Assembly: GCA_902604005.1 (NCBI GenBank)
Contig: CACKXH010000002.1
Span: 5,183 to 69,182, forward strand
DNA from: an uncultured Pelagibacteraceae bacterium
Lineage (GTDB): Bacteria > Pseudomonadota > Alphaproteobacteria > Pelagibacterales > Pelagibacteraceae
DNA length: 64,000 bases
Reading direction: 5' to 3'
Part shown: positions 55,636 through 64,000 of the stretch, in pieces
Layout: each line of letters opens with the position of its first letter
How positions within the stretch are numbered: the first letter of the stretch is position 1
Notes under the pieces: generated by a model
Told to the model about the DNA's origin: nothing
The model's database searches: none
Seen by the model: only the letters and a program-made list of their open reading frames with translations
Made by a program: the position numbers and the translations under genes

Positions 55636-56665
55636 AAAAATCCTAAAGTCTGTTAAAGGTAAGGGATTTAAATATATTGAATTACCCTCAGTAATTGAAA
55701 CTAATCATATTGTTCAAAGATCTGGTGAAAATTTTAGAAAATTTATTTTTTCATTCATTGATCAAAATGGAAATGAGTTATGTTTACGTCCTGATTTAAC
55801 CATAGTCTCATGCCTAAGATATTTAGAGAATAACTTAAAAGGTAAAGAAAAAATATTTTATAGTGGTCAAGCTTATAGGAAATCTCAAAATAGAAAAGAC
55901 TCTATAATTAGAAATCAAATTGGATTTGAAATTATTGGTTCTAATGATGAAAAAAATGATGATAAAGAAATTATTAATATTACTTTAAATTCTCTAAAAA
56001 ATTTAAAATATACATCGGGTACTTTAACATTAGGAAATGTTGAAATATTTAAACTTTTAATATCTAAACTAGATATTCCAACTAGATGGAAATTAAGATT
56101 AACACGACATTTTTGGAGAGAGGACTACTTTAATGATTTATTAAAAAGGTTAGAAACAAATTCTGATGTTGATCCAACAATTGTTGAAATAGATAAAAAA
56201 CGTTATCTAAAAATGCTCAAAGGTGACAAGAACTCAATCGTTGCGGAAAGATCAATTGAGGAAATTTTAAAGCGTTTTGATAAAAAGATAAAAGATCCAA
56301 GACGTCCAAGTAAAGGAAGAAATGTATCAAAAATTATTAAAGAGTTTTTAAAGATTAAATGCCCGATTAGTAAAACTGCAGATGTATTAAACGAATTCTT
56401 CAAGAAATATCAAATAAACTTAGTGGTAGATCAAAGATACTTTCCAACCTCTGTAAACAAAACTTCAAAACTTAATGTAGTTTTTTCAACCTCTTTTGGA
56501 AGACAACTTGAATATTACACGGGAATGGTTTTTAAAATTGATATTAAATTAAATAATAAAGTAAAAAATATAATTAATGGTGGAAGATATGATCAATTAA
56601 TATCTGACCTTGGATCTAAAAAACAAATATCAGCAGTAGGAGCTGCTTTAAATTTAAATTATTAA
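55613..56665 (+). CDS. hisZ: ATP phosphoribosyltransferase regulatory subunit
   Basis: LCLRPDLT, QIGFE, LEYYTG, GGRYD; precedes short hisG. Confidence 0.92.
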   Translation: MKSKKLSEKILKSVKGKGFKYIELPSVIETNHIVQRSGENFRKFIFSFIDQNGNELCLRPDLTIVSCLRYLENNLKGKEKIFYSGQAYRKSQNRKDSIIRNQIGFEIIGSNDEKNDDKEIINITLNSLKNLKYTSGTLTLGNVEIFKLLISKLDIPTRWKLRLTRHFWREDYFNDLLKRLETNSDVDPTIVEIDKKRYLKMLKGDKNSIVAERSIEEILKRFDKKIKDPRRPSKGRNVSKIIKEFLKIKCPISKTADVLNEFFKKYQINLVVDQRYFPTSVNKTSKLNVVFSTSFGRQLEYYTGMVFKIDIKLNNKVKNIINGGRYDQLISDLGSKKQISAVGAALNLNY

Positions 56666-56666
56666 G

Positions 56667-57353
56667 ATGAAAAATATAATCAACATAGGAATTCCAAGTA
56701 AAGGCAGACTAAGAAAAGATGTTTTAAATATCTTCAAAAAGAAAAAATTAAAACTAATTTCTGAACGAGGTGAGAGGGATTTAATTGGTTCTATTAAAAG
56801 TAAATCAAACATTAAAATTCTTTATTTGCATGCAAGAGAAATTATTCAAAGATTAGGAGATGGTTCTTTAGATATAGGTTTTTCAGGTTTTGATTTGCTT
56901 AAAGAAGAAGAGATTAATATTCAAAAAAAAATTAATTTAGTCAAAAAGTATGAGTTTGGAAAAGCAACTCTAGTTGTTGCTATACCAGATCCATGGATTG
57001 ATGTGCAAACAGTAGCTGATTTGGAGGAAATTGCTTTTGAATTTAGGGATAAAAAGAAAAAAAAATTAAGAGTCGCAACTAAATATCCAAACTTAACTAA
57101 AGAATTTTTATTCTCAAAGGGTGTAACACAATTTCAATTAGTTGAAAGTCTGGGTGCTACCGAAGCCTATCCTTTTACAGGCTCTGCAAATTTGATTACC
57201 GATATCAGTTCCACTGGTGAGACTATAAAAAGTAATAATCTACGTATTTTAAAAGATGGTGAGATTTTAAAATCCCAAGCATGTATTTTTACTTCGAAGA
57301 AAAACTTAAAAAAAAAAGGTTTAAAAATTTTAGTTAAATTACTTTCCAAGTAA
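56667..57353 (+). CDS. hisG: ATP phosphoribosyltransferase (short form)
   Basis: IPSKGRL, RVATKYP, GATEAYP, DISSTGET..SNNL. Confidence 0.96.
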   Translation: MKNIINIGIPSKGRLRKDVLNIFKKKKLKLISERGERDLIGSIKSKSNIKILYLHAREIIQRLGDGSLDIGFSGFDLLKEEEINIQKKINLVKKYEFGKATLVVAIPDPWIDVQTVADLEEIAFEFRDKKKKKLRVATKYPNLTKEFLFSKGVTQFQLVESLGATEAYPFTGSANLITDISSTGETIKSNNLRILKDGEILKSQACIFTSKKNLKKKGLKILVKLLSK

Positions 57354-57416
57354 CTTATCTTTAAAATAAATAAGATATAATTCTATTAAAAACCCTTATA
57401 ATACAAGATACGAATC

Positions 57417-58508
57417 ATGGACACAATTTTATTAATTATTTTAGTTTCTTTGTTAGGTACGACGATAGCTATTTTGTATTTGAATATCAGATCTAAACCC
57501 AAGTCGGATAATAAAGATTCAGAAGAAATAGCCAACTTAAAAACTGAAATAGTTACATTAAAAGATACCTTAAATAATACTATCAATACTTCGCTTGGTA
57601 CTATGTCTACCTCCTTTAATATTTTATCAACTGGGGTTACAAAAGATATGACCGAAGCCTTAACAAAAGTTGATGAGAAGGTTGGTAATTTTAATCAACA
57701 GGTACGATTGCTAAATCAAAGCCAAGAGGGCATTACCAAAATTTTAGCAGGTGTTAAAAAATATGGAACCTTAGCAGAGTATTCTCTTGATGCTTTAATT
57801 AAAGATTTATTGCCTGCATCTCAATTCATGACGAATGTTAAAATGAAAGAAGATACGAGTGAAAATGTAGAATTTGTAATTAAACTTCAAGGAGATGTTT
57901 TAGTTCCAGTAGACTCTCATTTTCCTGTGGAAAAATTTAAAGCAATTACTGATGCACATGAAGCCGATGACAAAAGAGAAGTTGCTGATGCTAGAACAAA
58001 ATTAGCAAATGCTTTTAAAGCTAAAGCTAAAAGTGTAATGGAAAAATATATAGTTCCACCTAAATCAACAGATTTTGCAATAGTATATGCACCAACAGAA
58101 AGCCTTTATAAAGAATTGACTGAATATCAAGATCCAAGCACTAAAGAACTATTAACTCAAGAATTAATGAAAAAATATAAAATAGTAATTTGTGGCCCTA
58201 ATACTCTCTCAGCCTATTTACAATCCTTACATATGGGTTTTCAATCACTGAAAGTTCAAAAAGGAGCTACAGAAATATATAATCATCTTAAAACTATCAC
58301 CACAAGATTTGGAAAACATTTTGATAATATAATTACACTTAGAAAAAAATTAGAAGAAGCGATGAGTGTGGTAGATAAGTTTGGTACTGATGCTAGATCA
58401 ATTAGCAGAACTCTAGAAAATATAAAAGATCCCGAGCAGGTTGAGAAAGCTGTTCAATCAGAAAATGTAGAAAAATTTGTTGAAAGAAACAAGCAGCTTA
58501 AAAATTAA
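57417..58508 (+). CDS. rmuC: RmuC family protein with N-terminal membrane anchor
   Basis: TM segment plus coiled coil, KKYGTLAE, VEFVIKL, PVDSHFP, KYIVPPKSTDFAIVYAPTESLY, GPNTLSAYL. Confidence 0.88.
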   Translation: MDTILLIILVSLLGTTIAILYLNIRSKPKSDNKDSEEIANLKTEIVTLKDTLNNTINTSLGTMSTSFNILSTGVTKDMTEALTKVDEKVGNFNQQVRLLNQSQEGITKILAGVKKYGTLAEYSLDALIKDLLPASQFMTNVKMKEDTSENVEFVIKLQGDVLVPVDSHFPVEKFKAITDAHEADDKREVADARTKLANAFKAKAKSVMEKYIVPPKSTDFAIVYAPTESLYKELTEYQDPSTKELLTQELMKKYKIVICGPNTLSAYLQSLHMGFQSLKVQKGATEIYNHLKTITTRFGKHFDNIITLRKKLEEAMSVVDKFGTDARSISRTLENIKDPEQVEKAVQSENVEKFVERNKQLKN

Positions 58509-58545
58509 TTTCTTTTTTCCTTTAATACCGATTATAAGAAACTTC

Positions 58546-59232
58546 ATGCAATGGAATAGAAAATATGATTATCCTTCGTCATCAAGAGCGACAGTAGATG
58601 GAATTAGAAGATACGTATTAGGAGAGTCAAAACTACCAAGTGTTACTTCAATTTTAGACGCAACCAAATCTGAAGAAGATAAAGCAGCTTTAGCCAATTG
58701 GCGCGAAAGAACTGGTCAAAAAGAAGCTGAAGCAATTACAAAAGCTGCGAGCAGTCGAGGTTCAAAAATGCATAATTATTTAGAGTCTTTTCTTTTAGGA
58801 AGAGAAAATTTAAGTTTTTTTGAAGATGGAGAACAATATAAATCTATGGCTAAAGAAATTATTGATAAAGGTTTAAAAAATAGGTTAGAAGAAATATGGG
58901 GAGTTGAATGCACTCTTTACTATCCAGAAAAATATGCAGGAACTGCTGACTGTGTTGGAGTTTATGAAGATAAACAAACAATTATTGATTTTAAACAAAG
59001 TAATAAACCAAAAAAAGCTGAATATATAGACTCTTGGTTTTTACAAACCAGCGCATATTCTTTAGCTCACAATATTGTGTATAACACAAACATCACATCT
59101 TGTGTAATTCTTGTTTGTACAGTAGACAATCTATTTCAAGAATTTAAAATTCAAGGTCCAGAATTAATTACTTACCAAAATTTGTTCTTAGGAAGATTAA
59201 AAAAATTTAATGAACTTTCAAATTTAATTTAA
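58546..59232 (+). CDS. PD-(D/E)XK exonuclease, MGME1/phage exonuclease-like (start moved to MQWNRK)
   Basis: LPSVTSIL, RGSKMH, VE, YAGTADC, IIDFKQS, LQTSAY. Confidence 0.85.
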   Translation: MQWNRKYDYPSSSRATVDGIRRYVLGESKLPSVTSILDATKSEEDKAALANWRERTGQKEAEAITKAASSRGSKMHNYLESFLLGRENLSFFEDGEQYKSMAKEIIDKGLKNRLEEIWGVECTLYYPEKYAGTADCVGVYEDKQTIIDFKQSNKPKKAEYIDSWFLQTSAYSLAHNIVYNTNITSCVILVCTVDNLFQEFKIQGPELITYQNLFLGRLKKFNELSNLI

Positions 59233-59235
59233 AAA

Positions 59236-60672
59236 ATGGATAAAATAATAATTTACGACACAGAAACGACTAACAGTACTATTTGGGGATCAATTATTGA
59301 GGTTGGAGCAGTTGTAGTTGATAAAAATCTTAAAGAGATTGGAAAACTAAATATTAGAGGCAGAATGCCAGAGGGAGAAGTTCCTTCTGCTAAAGCTCTT
59401 TTAGTTAATTCTACAAGTATTGATTTACTTACTAAAGGCAATTATTCACATTATGAATTTTTAGGTGCAGTTGAAAATTTCTTTGTAAAAGCTGCTCCTG
59501 CTATGTTTATGGGCTGGAGTAATTTAAATTTTGATAGAAGAATGTTTCATTTCAATTTTTTTAAGGGAAATAGGTATCCTTATTTAACTCATTCCTCACC
59601 AAATCAGGAACATGATGGCTTACATATAGCAAGAGCTGCTCAAACTATAGACTCTAAAACATTAAAAACAGAATTAACAGATGCAGGAAATGAGAGTTTG
59701 GCCTTGGAGGGTTTGGCCCGTCAGCAAGGTTTTGATACTTCAGCAGCACACACTGCCTATGTAGACGCACATAATTCCTTAAAAATTTTAAGAATTATAA
59801 AAGACAAACATAAAATAAATTGGGAAAAATTCTTAGGTACTTCAACAAAAAGTAGCGTGGAGTCTATTTTAAAAGGCGAAGGTATATATTCAATTTTTGA
59901 AAATGTTAAAGGGAGAAATATGATGTATTTAGTTTGTACATTACACCCAAATCATTGCTTTCATCCTTCTTATGCATCTTGGGGGTATTTATGGGATTTA
60001 AGAAGAGATCCAGAGCCATTTTTAAATATGTCAGTAAATGAACTTAAAGCAAATTTGAAAAAGATTAGTCCCAAAGCACTTCGAGTGATTAAAACTAATA
60101 AAGCTCCAATAGTTTTAGATAAAAAGTTTGCATTAAAAGAAAAAGCTTATTCTGACCTTGATTTAAAGACAATTAAAAAAAGGGCAGAACTAGTAAGAAG
60201 TAGCGAAAAATTTTGTCAAAATATTCAAATTATTAATAGAGAAGCAGCAGAGGAAAAAGCACAAACCAAAACGCAAGAAGATTTATTGCCAGAAGAAACT
60301 TTATATGAAAAGTTTATTCCAAACAAAGATACCTCCTTATTCAAAATATGGCACAGCTCTTCTTGGGAAGACAAATTAAGAATGTTAGATAAATTTCAAG
60401 ATAAAAGATGTAGCTGGTTTGGGCAAAAAATTATCTATCAAGAAGCACCACAAATTTTACCACCAGATTTATACAAAAATATTAAAAGTGAAATTGCGAG
60501 ACGAATTTTGAGTAAAAACAAAGAAAAGTGGCAAACAATTGGAATGGCTTATAATGAAATTGATATATTACGAGATCAAGCAGATAATAAAGATGATGAA
60601 GAAGAACTTAAAAAATTAGATGAAATTAATGAATTTATTATGTCTATTGAAAAAAAATATGAAATTGCCTAG
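59236..60672 (+). CDS. sbcB: Exodeoxyribonuclease I (DEDDh 3'-5' ssDNA exonuclease)
   Basis: YDTETT, GWSNLNFD, LEGLA, AHTAYVD, NKAP, EETLYEKFI; 478 aa. Confidence 0.85.
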   Translation: MDKIIIYDTETTNSTIWGSIIEVGAVVVDKNLKEIGKLNIRGRMPEGEVPSAKALLVNSTSIDLLTKGNYSHYEFLGAVENFFVKAAPAMFMGWSNLNFDRRMFHFNFFKGNRYPYLTHSSPNQEHDGLHIARAAQTIDSKTLKTELTDAGNESLALEGLARQQGFDTSAAHTAYVDAHNSLKILRIIKDKHKINWEKFLGTSTKSSVESILKGEGIYSIFENVKGRNMMYLVCTLHPNHCFHPSYASWGYLWDLRRDPEPFLNMSVNELKANLKKISPKALRVIKTNKAPIVLDKKFALKEKAYSDLDLKTIKKRAELVRSSEKFCQNIQIINREAAEEKAQTKTQEDLLPEETLYEKFIPNKDTSLFKIWHSSSWEDKLRMLDKFQDKRCSWFGQKIIYQEAPQILPPDLYKNIKSEIARRILSKNKEKWQTIGMAYNEIDILRDQADNKDDEEELKKLDEINEFIMSIEKKYEIA

Positions 60673-60706
60673 TTGACTTTAGGGCACTTATTTATAGAAA
60701 GGGATT

Positions 60707-61024
60707 ATGCTTGTAGATTTTAAAGACGAAGACTTTGATAATAAAGTTAAGAATGAAGATGTGTCAGTTATTCAATTTAGTGCTGCTTGGTGCGGACCAT
60801 GTAAAGCCTTAAAGCCAGTTATGGATAAATTAGCTGAAGAGTATAAAGACAAAGCAGGATTTTATTATGCAGATATTGAAGACGGTGGGATAAATACAGG
60901 AAGTGCTGCAGGAATAAGAGGCGTGCCTACAGTTATTATTTATAAAAAAGGTGTAGAAGTAGACAGAAAAGTTGGCGGAGTCCCCGAAAGCCACATGAAA
61001 GAATTTTTAGAAAAAAATATCTAA
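60707..61024 (+). CDS. trxA: Thioredoxin
   Basis: WCGPCK, IRGVPT. Confidence 0.95.
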   Translation: MLVDFKDEDFDNKVKNEDVSVIQFSAAWCGPCKALKPVMDKLAEEYKDKAGFYYADIEDGGINTGSAAGIRGVPTVIIYKKGVEVDRKVGGVPESHMKEFLEKNI

Positions 61025-62283
61025 TTTAAGTTTAAAACTTCTGAACATAAATAAAGTGATCCGGTAATTATTAATAAGTCTCCTCGATTTAATTTTATAG
61101 ATTTTATAGCCTTCTCAACACTTTCTGCATACTTTACATTTGGTAAGTGATTAAATTTATCTTTTAACTTTTTACCGCTAATAGCATTTGGTTGATTTGG
61201 TATATCAACAGTTGTGATTGATGAAATATTTTTTAGATATCCAATATAACTTTCATGGTCTTTATTGGCCATCATGCCAACTATTATATGTTTATTACAA
61301 TCTAAACTTTGGAGGTAATCATTTAATACCCTTGCGCCATCTTCATTATGATCTCCTGATATTAAAAATAGATTATCCTTAACTAAATTTTTGAATTTTC
61401 CAGACTTTATTTCTTGAAGTCTGGCAATATTATTAATTTTTTGGATACCAACTTTAATATTTTCATCTTTAATCTTAAGATTTAACATTCTTAAAGTTAC
61501 TATAGCGGTTGAAATATTTTCTAATTGATACAGACCGAGAACATTTGGTTCTGGTAATTTCAATCCACCTAATTTATCCTCATAATAAAAGTAACCATTT
61601 TCTCCATTTGTAAAAGAAAAGTCTTCATTAAAAAAAATTTTATTTGATTGATTTTTAGAAATATTTTTTTTGATATAATTCATCGTATTTTGATTTTGTT
61701 TTGCTACTATAATGTTTGAATTCAAAAGATTTGAAGTTTTTTCGAACACAATTTTCTCAATAGTTTGTTCATTTTTAGGAAGCCAATCTAAATGATCTTT
61801 GCTTATTGATGTTATGATTGTTGCTAAATTCTTCTTTAGTATGTTAGTGGCATCAAATCTAAAAAATAACCCAGACTCGACTAAGTTAATATTCTCTGGA
61901 TATTGAGCAGCTTTATAAAAGTAACATGCTGTAAGAATTTCAAAAAAAGTAATTGGCTGATTATTGTTAACTTTTTCCACTTCTTCAAAAAGGTCAACTA
62001 GTTCATCATCTTTCATCTCCTGGTTATTAAATACAAACCTTTCATTTACCTTTTGTATGTGGGGGCTAGTGTAAACATTGCATTTAATATTTGCCTCTTT
62101 TAAGATGGAATAACATGCTTGAATAGTTGAATTTTTTCCATTTGTACCCACCACATTTATAGCTTTAATCTTATCTTGTGGATTTCCTAGCTTTTCACAA
62201 AGATTTAGAATTCGACCTAGGCTTAGATCAATTTCTTTAGGATGCAACTTTAGAAAGCGACTGAGTATTTTCTGTAGTTTCAT
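61021..62283 (-). CDS. folC: Folylpolyglutamate synthase/dihydrofolate synthase
   Basis: GTNGK, YTSPH, TFFE, DATN, TGSLYL. Confidence 0.95.
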   Translation of the reverse strand: MKLQKILSRFLKLHPKEIDLSLGRILNLCEKLGNPQDKIKAINVVGTNGKNSTIQACYSILKEANIKCNVYTSPHIQKVNERFVFNNQEMKDDELVDLFEEVEKVNNNQPITFFEILTACYFYKAAQYPENINLVESGLFFRFDATNILKKNLATIITSISKDHLDWLPKNEQTIEKIVFEKTSNLLNSNIIVAKQNQNTMNYIKKNISKNQSNKIFFNEDFSFTNGENGYFYYEDKLGGLKLPEPNVLGLYQLENISTAIVTLRMLNLKIKDENIKVGIQKINNIARLQEIKSGKFKNLVKDNLFLISGDHNEDGARVLNDYLQSLDCNKHIIVGMMANKDHESYIGYLKNISSITTVDIPNQPNAISGKKLKDKFNHLPNVKYAESVEKAIKSIKLNRGDLLIITGSLYLCSEVLNLN

Positions 62284-63166
62284 TTTTTTCAGTGCTTATA
62301 GCAGAATTTTTATTTAACAATATTGATAATAAAGTTCCAATTTTTTTTGAAAGATTTTTTCTTTCAATAATTATGTCTACAAAACCAGTTTTTTTGACAT
62401 ATTCACTTTTTTGGAAACCTTCAGGAAGCTCTTCTTTAACTGTCCCTTGAATTACTCTTGCACCAGCAAAGGCAATTAAAGCTCCTGGTTCAGAAAGATG
62501 AATATCACCTAACATGGCATATGAAGCTGTAATACCACCAGCAGTAGGATCGGTTATACATACTAAATAAGGAAGGTTGTTTTGCTTAAGCTCATTAATT
62601 GCTAGGGTTGTTCTTGTCATTTGAGATAGTGAAATTAAACTTTCCATCATTCTCATTCCACCTCCTGCACTGACACACAAAAATGGAGTTTTATTTTCTA
62701 TTGCATGTTGAATACCATATAGAAACGCTTCTCCCTCAGCAGCAGCCATCGAAGCTCCTAAAAAATTAAAATCAGAGGCAACTGCTGTAATTTTGATATT
62801 GTTAATTGATCCACTCACCACCATCATTCCACAAGTCATTCCTGTTTTTTTTCGTGCAATCTTTAATCTATCTTTATAAGATTTTGTATCTGTCCATTCT
62901 AAAGGGTCATCTTTTGGAATAGGTGTTTTAAAAATTTCATAATTATTTTTTCCAAACAAAATATCAAACCTTTGTTTGGGGCCTATACGATGATGCTTAT
63001 TACAATCAGGGCATACCCACAGATTCTCTTCCAAATCCTTTTTTAAAATTGGCCCTTTGCAGCATGAGGTCCAATCACTATTGGCTATATCTTCTTTAGA
63101 AGCTCTTTTATGTATCGCAGTTTTAATTTTTTCACCTGCTTTAATTATTTTAGTAATCCAGTTCAT
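62237..63166 (-). CDS. accD: Acetyl-CoA carboxylase carboxyltransferase beta subunit
   Basis: VCPDCNKHHR, GGMRMME, SYAMLGD, FAGARVI, LPEGFQ. Confidence 0.96.
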   Translation of the reverse strand: MNWITKIIKAGEKIKTAIHKRASKEDIANSDWTSCCKGPILKKDLEENLWVCPDCNKHHRIGPKQRFDILFGKNNYEIFKTPIPKDDPLEWTDTKSYKDRLKIARKKTGMTCGMMVVSGSINNIKITAVASDFNFLGASMAAAEGEAFLYGIQHAIENKTPFLCVSAGGGMRMMESLISLSQMTRTTLAINELKQNNLPYLVCITDPTAGGITASYAMLGDIHLSEPGALIAFAGARVIQGTVKEELPEGFQKSEYVKKTGFVDIIIERKNLSKKIGTLLSILLNKNSAISTEKNETTENTQSLSKVAS

Positions 63167-63966
63167 TTAATTTTATTTTTTAAACTTTTTACTACATTAG
63201 TAACGTTTATGACAACATTTTGTCTTCTTTTTATGGAATTAGTAATTTCTTTACAAATTGCACTTCCTACGACCAATCCATCAGCTTTTCTTAGTGATTT
63301 TATTGTTTTTTCTGTGATACCGAATCCTATAACAACATTTTTGGATTTATTAAAATTTTTAATTTTTTCAAATTCTTCTAAGATTTTTTTTGATGAAACT
63401 TTTAATTTACCCCCTGTAGTAGACAACATGCTTATATAATAAATCATATCATGAGAGTCTTGTATTATTTTTTTTAATCTTTTTTTAGAAGTTGTGGGCG
63501 AAATAAGTTGAATAAAGTTTATATCATTTTTTTTGCATTTAGATGCAAAGGTTTTATTTTCTGGATAAGGTAAATCTACAACTATTAAACCGTCAACTTT
63601 TGATTTCTTACACTTTTTGATAAACCTGTTTTCATTATATTGATAGATCATGTTATAATAGCCCATTAAAATAATTGGTTTTTTTTTTTTAATTTTTTTA
63701 AATTTACTTACAATTGAAAAAACATCGTTAATTTTAATTCCATTTTTGATGGCTCGATATGAACTTGTTTGAATTTGCCCTCCATCAGCAATAGGTGTAT
63801 TGTGAGGAAAACCTAACTCACAAATATCAGCATATTTTGAGATCGATTTTAAGATTTCTAATGATTTTTTTTTTGTGTTATCTCCAGCTACAGTATAGGT
63901 AAGAAGGGCAGGTCTATTTTCTTTTTTAGCTATTTTGAACGATAAATTAATTAGAGAATTTTTCAT
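63163..63966 (-). CDS. trpA: Tryptophan synthase alpha chain
   Basis: ELGFP..PIADG, MGYYN, DGLIVVDLP, IGFGI, ADGLVVGSA. Confidence 0.96.
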   Translation of the reverse strand: MKNSLINLSFKIAKKENRPALLTYTVAGDNTKKKSLEILKSISKYADICELGFPHNTPIADGGQIQTSSYRAIKNGIKINDVFSIVSKFKKIKKKKPIILMGYYNMIYQYNENRFIKKCKKSKVDGLIVVDLPYPENKTFASKCKKNDINFIQLISPTTSKKRLKKIIQDSHDMIYYISMLSTTGGKLKVSSKKILEEFEKIKNFNKSKNVVIGFGITEKTIKSLRKADGLVVGSAICKEITNSIKRRQNVVINVTNVVKSLKNKIK

Positions 63967-64000
63967 GAATATTTCCCTAATTTTTTTTTTAGAATATCCC
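63963..64000 (-). CDS. 3' end of the upstream gene, probably trpB (cut by window edge)
   Basis: Open frame DILKKKLGKYS* with ATGA overlap onto trpA; identity inferred only from usual gene order. Confidence 0.55.
   Translation of the reverse strand, partial: DILKKKLGKYS

Noticed and set aside
58477-58545. Track N-terminal extension of the PD-(D/E)XK ORF
   Set aside because: It starts at TTG inside rmuC and adds a segment without motifs; ATG at 58546 is more plausible

Overview
This is a very AT-rich, densely coded chromosome segment with tiny or overlapping intergenic spacers. Gene content and order point to a SAR11/Pelagibacterales alphaproteobacterium (inferred, no database search run). 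Most of it is core housekeeping: aceE-aceF, gltDB, thrS-infC-rpmI-rplT-pheST-lepA, gyrB-regB, cobST, aroBK, def-fmt-truA, dapDE-argB, yidCD-rnpA-rpmH, dcd-murA-hisD-infA, a csp gene, hisS-hisZ-hisG, trxA and folC-accD-trpA. There are four tRNA genes (Ser-GGA, Thr-GGT, Phe-GAA, His-GTG). An ~8 kb surface-glycan island (20258-28298) lies between lepA and tRNA-Ser. I saw no integrase, transposase, CRISPR array or rRNA. Best leads: (1) a three-nuclease cluster (membrane-anchored RmuC with a Lys-to-His catalytic change, an MGME1-like PD-(D/E)XK exonuclease and Exonuclease I) at the position alphaproteobacteria often use for addAB; (2) an adjacent SET-domain methyltransferase and HDAC-family deacylase; (3) a candidate leader-peptide/hairpin attenuator upstream of tRNA-His-hisSZG; (4) two tRNAs with non-canonical T-loops; (5) several small ORFs missed by the ORF track.
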